From positions 1 to 54,011 of the forward strand of contig NW_024705333.1 of the NCBI RefSeq assembly GCF_018977255.1: 54,011 nt of DNA, in the 5' to 3' direction. Below are positions 1-15,000 of the stretch, piece after piece. The notes beneath the pieces are model-generated. The model saw only the letters and a program-made list of their open reading frames with translations, did not search any database and was not told the DNA's origin. This DNA comes from Callorhinchus milii (taxonomy: Eukaryota). The position numbers and the translations under genes are program-made. Numbering within the stretch: position 1 is the first letter of the stretch; every line of letters begins with the position of its first letter.

Positions 1-3000
1 CGGCACAGAAGCGTGTCGCGAGGTAAAATTATTCCAAGGAAATCACTTGGGAAGGAGCCACGCTGCATTGTCGGGGGATCTGGTGCGCGAGGGTTGCTGG
101 CTCGCTCGAAATGCTTTTTTGTGCAAACGAGACGAGGGTACTGGGCCTTGGCGATCCCCGTAGGCGCGAGGTGTGCAAGTCGCTATGAACATAGGTTCAT
201 GAAATATTTAGACGGCCCAGACGAAAATGCGATCGGCGTCTTGAACCTTCATTCTATTTTCGCGGCTATTCACAACATGATATTTAGCATACAAGTATTT
301 ACGCGTGTACTTCTCACCCAGCATGGTAAGCCCCGTCAAATATAGCCCTACAGATACCCGGTGGCTAGCCCGCCAACCCTACTCGTAGTTATTAGATAAT
401 CCATCGTCGATATAACGCGATTGAACTCTTCGTGATCCGATGTAGCAACGCCAAGTTCATGTACAGGTTGTTGCCATTTGTGAATGCCGAGAACGACTAC
501 CGATAAGGTGTGGTCTACTCAATTATGTATTAGATTTGGTCTACACTATACATTTGCTTCGGTATCGGGCCCCACGTTACGGAGCAAGGCAGCGTCGGCG
601 TCTCTAACCGTTGGCTATGTCCACACAAGAGATACGCATGGTCACCCTTCGTCGGATTGTGCGCGGGGATCGCCCAGTTACAGGCCGCGCACAGTCCTAG
701 TAGAGGCACTTGTAGCTTGCCGAAAATCGCTCCAATTATCGTGTGTACTCTGATTGATTAGCACAGTTAGCGTACCTGCAGGTGTGTCAGATAAACGCTC
801 CAATAGTCTCCTCTCCGTACTGGCGGTACCTTGCATAATAGTGCGCGTAGCGCGGCGCCGAGCCAGTTACGAGTCCTCCTACCCAGGTCCGGCATCGCTA
901 GTTCCTGAGGCCCCCCGCAACTAGGAACGGTGGCCCACGATGCTGCTAGGGGAATAGTAGGTCGCCGTACGATGGATTGTGAAGAGCTTCTACGGCAATT
1001 ACACGCGCTATTGTGTGAATGGTTCAGCCACTTCGATGCCACTAGTTTGAACCGAACCGCTCAGTGTTTGAATACTGATCGTCATGAGACGTAACCCACT
1101 TAGTCCCAATAATGGTGTTTCGACGCCATCTTTATCTTACCCTTTAATCAGTTTTAATCCGAGAGATGAGACAGCGTATGAACTATTTACCCCGTGTGAT
1201 TGCCCGAACGTTAAAACTCCGGTTAGTGCTGTGAGGTGTCACCGCGTTGTTTTGCAGCTTCTGAATGACTGCTGACCCACATACGTCCTACGAAAGATTA
1301 AGGGAGCATATTATGGTTCTCCCCTGCAAGCTGATGGTACCCTCGTCCTCAATTCAGCGAACGGTGCATAATATGAACAGAGACTATTGACCCTGATATT
1401 TCCAGGTACTTCGCTCACTTTCTGAGTTTAGGAAGACCCTGGTCTTTCGTAAAGAGAGTACCTACACTCACTGCAAAATCCTGGGCGCAAGTGCTAGTGT
1501 AGCGCGTCGCTGCGGGGTGATCCCTATAAAGCATGCAGACCGGTGCATTATCACCTTCAACACTATCCCTCGTGCGCTTAACGGTTTTCCCGCTAGGCAC
1601 CCTGCCACAATCAAATTGAATGAGCTCTTGCAAATAAGCGAGACGCGCTGGTAAAACGACTGGGTGGGGTTACCGCAGCACACGGTAAGTAGAGTAGGAG
1701 ATTGAGGCAGCGCAGCTCCTTCGAGCCGAATTTAAGGATCATAAACCATGATGTATGAAGCCCGAAGCGTTAACGTCTCACCATCTATAACCGTAACCGT
1801 CCGGCTTTAATCTTATCGAGATTGTCATATACTGCCTTTTGTATACGTCTAAGGGGACCAACGAACGAGAGGACCTCAGCTGTCACTGCCTTGTATCTGC
1901 CATAAATCTTGTGCCCATGGTCTCCAAAGAATAAGATGGGACTCAATTACACGTAGGAATGGAATCTGGACTGTTCCAATGCTTCCAAGGGCCGTAGTGA
2001 CAAAGCCAGCCGACCCTGTATACTATATGCATTGCTCTCGTGTGGTTTTATGGTACGGACTCCACCCGGAGTTTCTTTACCGGAAAACTGCCGTATAAGA
2101 CTTGGAACAACATGCCACGCACAGTCCGACAGTCTGTTAAGAATTGACCTTGAAGCCATCCTAGTTCCCGCCTTTCTAGAACACATCCTAGGGGGTTTGG
2201 AACGGCATAGCCCCAGATAGTCAACAAAGTTAAAGTGACCGGCCTACCAAACTGTAATGGGGAGAGCTGGATCGTCGGAACGCGGGAGTGGAAACGTCTT
2301 CAGGCTCATCACTTTTAAGTACATGGGTTTAAATTCAACGATTCACTTGTTCTATCCTATGTCCACCGCCGTCGCTGAACTCAAACATGCGCGTTCGGCT
2401 CAGGGAGGGCAAATTCTCGTACTTCAAGACTCTCTCTCCTCGTCGCGCAAAGTTTTATAGGCTGACACCGCACGTCATTTATACAGAGTTTTAGACTTTC
2501 GTGTAGTCACTTGGACTGCACATAGATATTGCAGCGTTGGTGGCCTAGCTTATCCTGGTGGTCTATCCTCTCAATCAGATTAATTGCCCCAATCGACCGC
2601 AGCGTCTGATCGGGAGAGGGAAGATACGTTGAATCGTTTAAGATCCGTATTCAAATGTATGTATATTGTTAGGATTCAATGTTTAGTAATTGCAGCCCAC
2701 CTGACGTCACAGACGGCCCCTATGTCGAACGGACCAATCCAGCGTGTATTGGAAACAAGCAATCTTGTGACTGGCCGATAGGTTGGCACAGCTACGTGAC
2801 CGTGGACCTGTAAACAGTCCCTCGATTACAAGCTGCCATGGGAGATTCCTGTAACTGCCGCAACCAGGGCACCTCTCAACAGCTTGTCCCCGTGCTAACT
2901 GTGAGCGTAGCCGTAATCTCGCCCGGCGAGTTTTTGACGGGAAAGTTGCGTTTCTCTCAGACGTGTCAGCAGTTTTAGAGGGCTAGTCCCATGCGCCGCC

Positions 3001-6000
3001 CATGGCGCGAGAAAGTCGGGGTCGCTAATAAATCTTCCGGATGCCCCTACCCTTGGACATCCATGAACGACCACACCGTTTATCATAATCAAGAACCCAT
3101 TCTGTAGTCGATCTTGAAACTTGCGTAGAACTACACGACATTTTGCATAGTCGGAAGACAAGTGATACGTCTTTTCTTAATCATGTTTCCGCGACGCGGT
3201 TCCTTTACAACCGAAACGTAGCTAAGTCTAGCTGCAGTGGCTATATCAAATGCGTCCGGGGTTGATTAATTGCCGAGTCTTTTACTATGGGGGCATACAT
3301 GTCACAGGCCGTTAATGTCAGCAATACGATCAATTATTCCGCGGTCCCGTAGGCTACGGAGGCATATGGTGGCCGGCGAAGGGGGATCGGTTCGATGACC
3401 CTTGCGTTAGCAAATCATCCATTAGAGGCTTCTGAGTGGGCAATGATATGACAATGGCGAGAGCCCGCGTACCCGAGAACATGTTAGATAGCGATGCTAT
3501 CAGAGCTAGTTATCCCCAGTCGGTGACTTGTGGAAACGAGTTCGGCATTTCAACGGAGGATCCCTCCTTGGCAGGATATTACTAAACATGGTCCTAACTT
3601 GTACACAAGGCGATAGAGCTGATTGCAGAAGTATTTTCCCCTCGCTCTTGGTGTTATCATCCTCGTAAAAACACTCTGTCCTGACGAAACCCCACTATAG
3701 CAATCGGGTGGACCGACGCTTCAATAAGGCGCAATCGAGAATTTATAGATGAACTCCAATCGCACCTTTTACGCAGCAGGCGGTGAAGCGGTAAAATCCT
3801 ACTCCGGCGTACACATTTGCAACGGACGAGGTAGTATTAACGTTACGAATCCAATCTTCGGTGGTTTACGCAAGTTAGCAGAGGTACACTCTAGGGGAAC
3901 TGCGAGTCGGTAGTGCTAATGGGAGTAGTGCGATCTAACATATACGGCTCCGAGTCCATGAGCTATTTAGAACGATAACGTCACTTAAGTAGTATAGCTC
4001 TGATTAATCTGATGATTGTATAGCATGAGCTAGGGGTACAATGTACGGTTACCCGGCGAGATGTATACTAACCCTGCAGAGGCCCCCTTATTTGCAGCCA
4101 GCAGGTATTCTCGCGAGAGGTTCGGAGTGACATCCAGGAACAGAGAGGAAGATGTAGGTCTGGTTCACCTAGGTTTTCGCTCTATGCCTTCTACCGGTCT
4201 CACACGTCATAATCAGGCTGATGCGCTAAAGAAACAGCTAATGGTATCACCCTGGTCACGTCTCAGTTTTTGTGCGGGAAATATCTGGGAGCAGCGCCCC
4301 ATTCAAGACCGCCAGGACCACGCCCTTTTCGGAAATTGGATAACCGTCCGATGCACTGAGCAACGCTTTAGGGTAAAGACTCACGAGTTGTTAACACCAG
4401 ATTAAGGATAGTTGCCTTATGCCGACAAACTTTCCGCAGACGTTTTCAGTGGGCGCGGACCATAAAATCGCGCGAATGGCCGTGTCCTTACTAACTCTGA
4501 TTTGCATGTGCGACAGTCAGTCTATCCTTCTCAGCCGTCGCGTTGGGTTATTTGCGAGGTAGACTAGTCCAGACATCCCACATCGTCACAACGACCAAAC
4601 GCGCACACACGAATCAGTAACCCACCTGTTTCGAGGGCCACCGGTCGTAGGTGGACTGCACTCTCCGAGATTGGCATGGACCACGTCCTGAAATAGTGTA
4701 GAGTCACCGGGAACAGAATGTCGGGCGCGGTCATTAGACGGATGATCCTTAAGATACGAAACATGGAGGGGGTACATAAAGATATACGCCCCCCGATAAG
4801 GCCCACTATCTATTGCTTAGTCCACCCAAGTTGCCGGGAACCAAGTTGTGATCATCTTTGTCCGCTGAGGCACGGCGTGTCGCAGACTCCGTTATTCCTC
4901 TCCATCTATGCACCATCCTCGGCAGGATGCCCCGATAATCGGCCATACTTATTTAAGCGAAACATGTCGCTGTTGTTGTCGTATTCGCCTCGACTGAGGG
5001 CCTGTTTGCATTTGTCGGTAATCGTTGGTTGAGACTTCCCAGACAATACTCATAAGCGACACGGTTGGGGGACGGTCCCGGCCAAATGGAAAGATTGGGA
5101 ATCACTTTTGGAGACCCTTTGTGTCCCAACAATTCCCCTGTCTATGACTCCTTTGTCTAGGCCACATATCTCATAGGTGCCGACAAGCATGCACAGCGTT
5201 GCTTTGCGCTTCGACGAAATGTACCTGTGCTGTAAACCGCTGTTCGGCCGCGGCCTTTGTTCCTTTCACCGCGGCTACCTCACCACTCACTACAGCCAAA
5301 GAACGTAGAATCCCCGCAGTATGCCGTCGCTTGGAAGTTTGGGTGAACGGCCCGAACGACAACTCGCCTAGGCGGCAGCTGTGTTCAATATAAGACTCGC
5401 GGGTAGTCAGCTTAGGGCAACTACGAAAATCGCTGGGCGTCCTGATTAGTGCACTTCGACCCCCTTGGAGCTTCGTATCACGGAGCTGACCTGCTATGCC
5501 GTGACGTAATCGTTCGCTTTCAGGCGTAAAGATCAGAACAGGACAAAAACACAGTATATAGCCCGTGAGTTGGCTCGCGCAGCTCCCATCGCACGCAAGC
5601 CTGAGGATTTATGAGGTAGTTGAACCGAGAGAGTAACCAATATCAAGCTGCAGACTGTCCCGGAGATAAAATATTAAACAGGAACGCGGCGGAAAAGACC
5701 TGGCTCGCGGGTGATTTACATGTCGAAGTGCAAGACAACTTTGGGCCCGCATCGCGATCGTGGTGCCAATGGGAGCGGTACAGGAAGTGTTAGGTCTACC
5801 TTCAAACGACAATTAGTGATGATTACCCTTAAAAAAATCGGAACTCCCGAGACCAGTTGGTCGTCATGGGCGATATGCCTACCTCGGGGAGTACGACCTA
5901 TTGAGACTAGTGTGCACCGATTTGCGGACTATCTCTTAAATCAATGGACGCAACGGGATATTTAATTATGGTCATTCAGGGGATCGGGCTTTCAACCTTC

Positions 6001-9000
6001 GCGTAATGCCGCCTCAGAGAATATTAACATACCGCATAGTAGTTCGCATTCGTAACTCGAATCCGTTCGATAGTCCGTATTATACACTTAAACGCACTTA
6101 TTTGCGTCCCACGGTTTAGCTTACCGCGATTGTCATCAGACGTCAAGCGTAAAGGAAAGATGCCGTGTCAAATCTCAAGCAGCCCCTGGTGATATAGAAA
6201 AAGGTAGTTTTCCATTTCTGGGGACAAAGTAATTGCTTATTCCAGCAATTGTATTAACCCCGTATAAATGAAACGCTTAGTATCGAGATCCGTCGGTATA
6301 TGCCCCCTTTCCTAATTGTTCTCGGAGATAATGACATGAGTCTCAGAGATAGGTGTTTGTCACATAGGTCACATACTAGTGCTCTCGTGCAATTGGGCCA
6401 CCATGTCACAAGCTCATTCATAACCGGCACACAGACTATCTTGGATGAGGGTCCGGGCATATCGTGATTGGGGTCAGCAAGCCCAGGGGAATGCTTGCGC
6501 GAGTACGGTCAGCAGGGCGTATCTGGTGTGTCACACGGCCGCTCGACGAAGGTAGTACGCGTACTTATATCGGATTCGACAGCTCCTTCTATGTAGATGC
6601 TTAGGCACCTGACAGAGCTTCTTCGGACATATCCCTATCCTAGTTGGATCGGAGTCCGGCTAGACTCTGTTACGTTCGAGTTTATGGTACAAGAGGGAAT
6701 GTGTCTCTACCCTACCAACATGCTTGCGTAAGATCCGACAAGTGAAAAATAGGTACTGGTGTATGTAATTGTCCTACTAAGTTAGTCAGGAATTCAGAAG
6801 TATGGTTGGGGCATAACAACGAGTGGGCCCGTGTAGGATCGCTTGGTAACGACTTATCCTCTTGGACCAGGTTAGCAGACCTGCTCGTACTTCTACGCCT
6901 CGACTCCAACTGGGGCATAACTGTACACGATTGCGGCTGTCAATTTCCCCGACTCGGCCCGGTTTAAATTCCCAACCGGTTATTAACGGATGCGATAGGC
7001 TGAGGATCATATCCGCAAAGCGCACAGACGGTAATATAGTTGGTTGCATCTACTCACTTGCAATGGAAATCACATCACGCGAAAACATAGAACATATCTG
7101 ACAGGGGGTACGTCTCGATAAGAATAATGCCTTCTGAACCCGAACTTCCGATCCCAACTTGGTTTGAAGGATGCGTTAACTATCGCGTCTACCTCGGCGC
7201 AGGCATAAACAGGGACTGATACTGGTTCCGCTGTCCTTCGACTCCTCTTCAAAAATAAAAGGGCGATCTTTTCCGACTATGCGATGCGGAATCCCTCCGT
7301 TCTCCCATAGATGAGATAGTTCTAACGCGCGGTAGGTAGTACAGGGGATACCGTCCAAATAGAGCCGAATCGAAGGCTTCTTACAGTCATCATATAGACC
7401 GCCACTACGGTCGGAGACTACCCAACGGGTCTTTTCCGTACCTTATGTGGGAGACAGCTGCCGACAGTGGTAAATGGACCATTCTAAATCCCTGCTCATA
7501 AAACCGCGCCAGGACACTTGTGGTGGCGTGTGGGGGGGCTTAGTCGACCACTCGACCGCTCGCTTGCGAACAGCAGCAAATCGTGGACGCACGAGAAGTA
7601 ATGTCCATCGTGCTTCCATCGTGAGCTGTATGATATTTGGGGCACCTGGGGGAGCTTTGTCCCACTCTTTGTCATAACAGAAACATAATTTCGGTCAATA
7701 TCACCGAAAGGTGGGCTGTTTGGATCCGAAGTCCGCGAATGGTCGAGTCCTCTGATAGCTAGGCGCGACAACAGCCATCCTCACTTTCTGACGGTTGGCG
7801 TAATTTTAAATCTGTAGGAAGATTAATGGTCTTAAGCTATATACGTGGAAATGATCCAAGCCATTCGCAGGGCCTCAGAGCTATCCGCGCGGTAACACTA
7901 CTTAGTCACGGATGGACGCCTCGGCTTAGTTCCTTTAGATAAAGTTGATCGCGTAGCCCAGTCTTCCAAGTTGTATGTAAACTCTAATTAGATGCGTCTT
8001 CACTAAGATGTCGTCAGACAGGACAATAACGAAAAGTGTACCGACTACGAAATTGGGGGCCTAAATGTTTTAGGCTCGTACATACCAAGATGGCAACGTC
8101 GAGTAAGAGCTACTTGGGTTGCGAATATACAGCAAGGCAGAAAATGTTCGATGATTCACAGGTGGCGATGGGCCCCTATAATCTTTGCCACCAGCCGGAC
8201 TGTGTTTGGTACTCGCATACGAAATTATCTCGGGCTCGGGCGACACATGGGATTTACGTACGGACTCATATATTCGTTCGCTCTTGCCACTATTCAGTTG
8301 AGTGTAACGGGTGAAATCTAACAGTCCGAGTAAAATATGATGTCTAGAGTCCACTCGCTCGTCTCCCAGCCGGGTTATGTGGGGGTCCTATGGTTTCGCA
8401 AATTCACGGTTTTGGGACGTGCGATAGGAACCCTTATCCAACCATTCATACAACGAACAGAGTAAGTGCCGTGTGATGTCTATTTACCATGGCGGAGCTA
8501 TCTGTCTTGTTAATTCACTAGTACGGCCCCCTGTAGGTGATTTTGCCCCAGACGTACTGCGATCGCAGCCAAAGTCTACTAGCTGTCCAATCAGTAACTT
8601 AGAAGCAGCCCTTTGCTATCATCCAGTGCCATCGGGCTCAATAATAGGCGCAGATTCCTGGCGCCCAGTATCTTCGGGGAACGACCAGTGACCACAGTTG
8701 AATTACTGACAATTGGTTCCTGGTGACGATGACGTCTCTCCATACGGAGATAGATTGGTGCTCACTGACGACTACGATTAATGTGATGGGCCCAGGGTGG
8801 AACTCATACGAGCCAAACCTTAACACACATAGAATCTTGCACCCAAAGACTCTCGCCGCGCTAAGCATCCATCTAGATCCCATCGAACCGAAATCTTGCG
8901 GGGGGAGATGAATTGCATGTGTTTAATCAGAAAGGGTGGAGAAAATAGTACAAGCTTCTTCCTAATTTGTGATTGTATCACAGGAACGGTAACGGTTTGC

Positions 9001-12000
9001 ACTTCATAGCGCACCCGAGCCTTCGGCAGTGAGGACAAAATGGACGAACGGATTTTTTGAAGAGGGTTTTGGGACAGTGTGCTGGTCCGCCCGTCTGTGG
9101 TGGTTTAACTACGATCGACCGTAGCGTGACACTCTCCCAATTGCTGTTTCAAATTTGCCAATTAGCTCTGTTTAAATAAACCCCGTGGTTCGCGTTCTGC
9201 TTCTCCTCGGACCGCTTTGAGAGATTGCCTTACTTGCATAGCCGTCGTTACGGTATCGACAGAGATCTGAGAGTAGAACAGGCGCGATTGTGGATCACCG
9301 ACCTTGGGGCAGAGGATCACAATGAAGTTAGATGTATGCATAATACTTCAATAGTGTAACATACAAAATATTCTTTGCAACCGCCCCCATTGTCCTTCAC
9401 GAAAGATTCCCAGTCGTACTCCAAAGTGTCATGTTCTCTCCAGTGGAAATGAGATTACTTCAATGGCTTGTTCAGATGCCCGGGGGCGCTATAAGGCGCT
9501 GTTTATTGCGTTCATAACGCGCGTCAATTACCAAAACTGTCATTTTCGTTTAGAAGTATATTGTCTCTAGTGGATCATGAATTGATGGTGTAGGAGGAAA
9601 CTCATGTAGTGCTTTTGCTTACTCGCATTGGGTTATCATCTCAAAAGCACCTCTATCCAAGTTGTGGTATGCTACGCGTCGAACGTGTCAGTCCCTGGAC
9701 CACTAAGACGTAGGTGCTTGCGCGCCTAAGTGTACTAAGTCAGCGTTAAATTTAGTAGCGTGGCATTCGACCTACTTAAGCTGACTTCCGAAGATAGGAA
9801 GTCTTTTTATAAGGGGGCACTGAAAATAATTTTGAAGTGTTTGCTAAACCGTCCATTTGGCAACTGGAGTGAGCAAACGCGGTTCTCGGGTAATATTCAG
9901 GGCTATAACAATCCGAGTCTGAAAACATTCGGCCCATTCTTAAGCTGCACACAAAAAAGGGAATATTCAGAGTTGCTCGGCCACCAGTTGGCTTGAAATG
10001 ATATCCGTGACTCCTGGTCGGGTCGTGCTCACTCCGGGAGCCGGGACGAAATCATTTAATACTAATGCAGAGACATAAGAAGTGTACCGTCCGTTCAATT
10101 GTTAAGTCAGTGGGGAGGGCCAGTCGCAACTGCAACAGGCGCGGGTGTAAGTAACGCGTACTTACATTTCGGACCATTAGGTGGATCCCATTACTAGCAG
10201 CGGCTTGATTCTACCACCCAGCGGTTGTATGATTATATCGGCTGCGAAGGCTGTCTGGCGTAGACGCCTTTGAGCAAGGCGAAACACTAGATCTATTGTC
10301 GGTAGGGGGGGATCGAGCTGGGTCTGCGGCGTTTGTCTTCATCCGAGTAGATTGGGACGGCCTCTCTAATTCGACCCGGCAGGCTTTACACGTATTTTTG
10401 AATCGACTCCACTTGTGTCCTCCTGAGGGAAACCAACAGTTGACGAAGAGATTAGTGGGCGTTGATGTATGGCCTCGATAAGGCCTTAGGCTGGAATAAA
10501 AGAGTTGAAGAGACAGCTATACCGCTACGGTTTCGGTGGACAGGGCTGTCAGCTACTGGACTTCCATGGCCCCATACTGTGACGACGGGTATACGACAGT
10601 GTGGCTTAAGTTACTATTATCTTGATTTCCGTAAGCGTAGTAGCAGGATCGGATGATCTCACTCACGGCGCTCGCCCGTATGCCGTCGACATGAGTTATC
10701 AACTTTTTGTCTTCGCGCCGAGGAATTACAGTTTGTGATGGCGACAATACATCTGAGTGGATGATATTTAAGAATAAAGCTCGGCATCCGAGGGGCACAG
10801 GATCGTGAATCAGGTAATACCCTAATAGTACGAGGTAAGGAGCTGTCAGAGGTTGTGGAACCACAAGCCCTGGTCTGGACGGCCTTCACCACGTTAAGTC
10901 CAGTTCACGTGTCGCGTGATAACCGATCAGTGGATTCTGATCGATGCATGATCCTGTATGGCCCTCGTACCGTCTAGTTCCCGGGGAACCCAGCGGCTCT
11001 CTGCCCTCGAACTATTCTCACGTGCACATGTGTTTAGCGCATTAAGTTTAGTAATCACGTGCTACATGTAAGACTTCCCTTATCGAGTGGTAACCAGGTA
11101 CTCGTGAGGCCAAGGGTAGATGCATGCAAGATTCGTAGTCATTCGCATCCGGTGGGTGACCATTTAAGTTAAATGACGGAAAGGCGCTAGCAACGAGTGA
11201 GACGTCCGAATCGCTGTGGATATAAGATAGGGATTTCCATAACTACGTGGTCAGCCTACAAGAAGCCGAATATTATTGCCCGATGATTTGGCATTCTTCA
11301 AGTCCTGCGCGGTTGCCAGTCTTCGAAATTCACCAAGTGATACAAATGTGTAACGGAGCATTCACTGCTATCAGTATGAATTTCACGATGGATTGTAGAG
11401 GCTTGGCTAAGGCCAGGCGCTGAGCAACTTGAACTTGATGGAGGACCTGAGTAGACCCACGGTGGGAGGCTGGGGGTGTCTTATTCGTCAACCGGGTGGA
11501 GTTGCTAAAGAATCAAAGAGGATCCTCATGTGGTTAGCTAATGCCATTCACAACATGCAGTGGACAAGTTTCTTTTCCGATTGTCGCGAAAATGGGCACT
11601 AAATAACTCGAGAGCAACCTTCGCGCAGACATATCCTCATATGGACCAACCCAACTTGATCACGGCGTGTGTGTATTGTTGCCGTTGGAGGTCATGCAGT
11701 TGCATCCCAGACCGACCATTGTAAAAGTCACATTCAAGATGCTCGTGGAAGCCCAGACACTGTCACACCATCTAGTATATATAGCCTACATAGTAATTTA
11801 AAACTAGGGATTGAAGCGGCGTTCCCGAAGGCAAAAGGACGCCTTACGATTCGGAAGAAGACCGTTGAGTACATCTCCCCCAATCTTAATCCCAAATGTC
11901 AATTGCCGAGGAGCGCCAATCACGAGATCGCGTGCATCTGCGCCCGCTGCATCAAGGCTTGCGGGACAGAAATGGAGAGCTGGATGTCACCCTGCATCGC

Positions 12001-15000
12001 CAAGACTCACTGTTCGATTCTTCTTATATGACTCGGATCTGCCGCCTGAAAAACGCTTACCCCCGTGTTTAGTTAGACAGTCAAAATTTTTACCGATAGG
12101 GAGCCTCCAGGGGTTGGGGCCAGGGACTTTCTTCCCGGCATAACATAGACTTCCACAGATGAGCCGGTTTGTGATCCGATGAGCATCGTGGAAGACTGCT
12201 ATTTGGCACGAGCGGTATTGATGAGCCCTTCTTATGAGCGTAACCCCAACCCGATGATCGTTCCCCACGAAGGTTCAGCGCCTTGATCGCTCCCTGGGAA
12301 GACGGTGCAGAGCCAACAGCGTTAGCGGCCTCGGCCCTCCGTCGGATTACTTATACGCATAAACATAGATATTTAGGCTTGTCGTGAGTTCTACAAGATT
12401 TAATCGAAAAGAAGTGATTGTTCCGGGGTGTCTGCGCTCCATGAGAATAGAATTACCCTGATCTGGTCTGACCTCCAACGGTACGAAAGATTACTGAAAC
12501 ACTACCGTATTGACGGACTGGAGGTAGTCCAGCCTGCTTCTAGCCTATCACCCTGTTGCGTACCGCACAAATGGTGGTGTTTCGGCTTGAATAATTGCCT
12601 CGAAACTGTACATAGCATCTTGGGGCTAACTCAAAATAAAAGGTAATAGTAGCAATGCTTAAAATGTATCACTTCTGGTCAATCACAGGACTAAGTACGA
12701 AGGGTCATAAGTTTCTCAGGGGGCGCTCGGTGGGCTTACACTTCTTGATCATTGTAGGAACGATATCGATCAATTTTATCGATGCGTTTGATGGGCCGGG
12801 AATGAGCGAAAGCGAGAAGGGAGACCTAAAAGGCAAATGGGCAACTTATAGGCAGGTGTGGACACCTTTGTAGCCTGATCGTGGTACTCGGCTCATAGAG
12901 AAGCAGATTATCATCGGCATATCTTTTTAATAATTACCGCCGTAATAAGCGACGCAACGGTTCTAGGACTTGTTGAGATCTCGTCCGCTAGGCCAAGTGC
13001 TACGAGTAGTACAGGAGAGAAGCGGAGTCCAGCACCGCCCGTTTGTAGATTGCACTCTGGCATCCTCATCAAACGGATTCGCGCCTATTTTTACTCACTC
13101 CCACTTCGTTACTTCAGTGATATGTTTTTTATATGTTCGCGGCCAAGGAAATATAGGCTCCAACAATATGACACACCGGAATGTTTAAGGGGAAGCTCTA
13201 CAACGGAATACGACAGCACTAGTGAGACACCTAGTCTGTCAATTCGCTCAGAGTGTCTGGTTTATGTCGAAGTGCCAAGAGGAAAAACCAAGTTGGCGCT
13301 GCGAGGTCCTTCGTAATAAATTTTCCACAGTCAGATCGATTCTATTTCATAGGATCTCCGTATGCGTTAAGAACCACAGCCCAGCCATAGTAAGTAATCA
13401 TTTTACCACGGTGAGAGGACTCTAGCGGTCTCTCCGGCACTAATAGAATACAATACATTTTGCGGCTTATGAAGTCAGCTTCGGCCGAATGAGAAGCCCC
13501 TTACCCCGGCACTAGGGACAATTCTGATGTTAAGAAAATACAAAGCCCGTGTCACTAGCAGGGATATAAAAATACTCCTGTCTACCAATACTAGGGTAGG
13601 CAGACGACCACCCCCGGTAAGGAGGCGGCTCAATAGAGATAAGGTTACTAGAGAACACGCTCGGTCTTCCATCTCGCTATATACAGGGTGGGATTGGTGT
13701 TCCTACTTGCTCAGCTTGCGACGCCATCACGCGACTATCAGACGCTATTACTTCCTGTGTGTTGGAGAGTTCACTTTGATTCACGTGTCGTCGTTCTTCT
13801 TTTCACAGATTCCGACGGAAGACCTATGGCAGTGCGGTCCAGTCTGTGGATGTCTAGGCATCGAGGAGCCATGCCCAGAGGATTACAGGGCGAGTTGGAT
13901 ATCTTAGACACTTTAGGTTCAAAACTTGAGCTCTGAATAGATGCATTTCAGCGTTCCGCAGGACCAGGAGGTTGCGGCTGCTGGCTCTCTCAGCGTCCTG
14001 GTCACTAAGTATCTGAGAAGTAGGCGTCTACAAGTTGTAAGAGCATGCGACCCCGGGGAGGGCCGGCATGCTTCAAAGTCATTTGTCTGGGAAGCGTGCA
14101 CTAGGCCAGTCGGACTAGCGCTGCAAGGATGAAATGATTACGTTACAGGTCACAGATGTGAGGGACAGTACCACAATGTTCAGTAATTTATTTGACGTAG
14201 AAGATTATACAATACCGTGCTCCATAAGTTGGCGATGATGTTCACTTTTCTCATCAGTGCTGCTAGTACCCTCTTTCCGGACGTGGAAAATCAAGAGCGG
14301 CAAAGGTAAGCCATGCTCATCTTCGATATTCATGGAGGGAGAGCAGCTCACTCACCATCTTAGCTGGCACGTTATATCGGGGTTCTACCAGGCGAGGGGA
14401 TCACATGCCCGGGTTTTTGTCGCCAACAAGCCACCAGGGCAAGTCAGTAACCGACAGCTTCTACTGGCGCCTTCGGCCGGCTCGCGTGAGGCCTTGTTAG
14501 GCCGAGTTGCATTAGGAGGGTATGTCCTTCGCAGGAAATGAACTTGCTTCGTCGTGTAAGGTTAGCGACAGAAGGTCGCCGCTACCATTTGCGCCTGCTG
14601 TGAAGCCAGCCCCGAAACTGGGATGCGCCACGCTGCTATTGCTGACGATGTGTCAGCATTGGTGTGAAGTCTCGCCTATCCACCATAGCGCCATCTTGCA
14701 GTGGCGGTAGCGCTAATATTCGACTGGCTTGGATAGGCGACTCGTATATGTTCGTCGAGGGCATGACTGAATTTTAATATCGATCTGCTATCAAAGATAT
14801 ACTCGCGGACTGAATACGGTTACCGAAACGGTGGCAATAAACGGTCCCTATACCACCTGCCACCTATCAGCTCGAACCACTGGGGTGCGCGTTGCTGTGG
14901 GCGATACATAGTAGTATCAGAACGTTAATTCGAACTGGCCTTGCAAGTGTGGAGCTAAGGAGCAACTGGTTTAAGATCATCCCCTCTGCTTTTGGCCTCT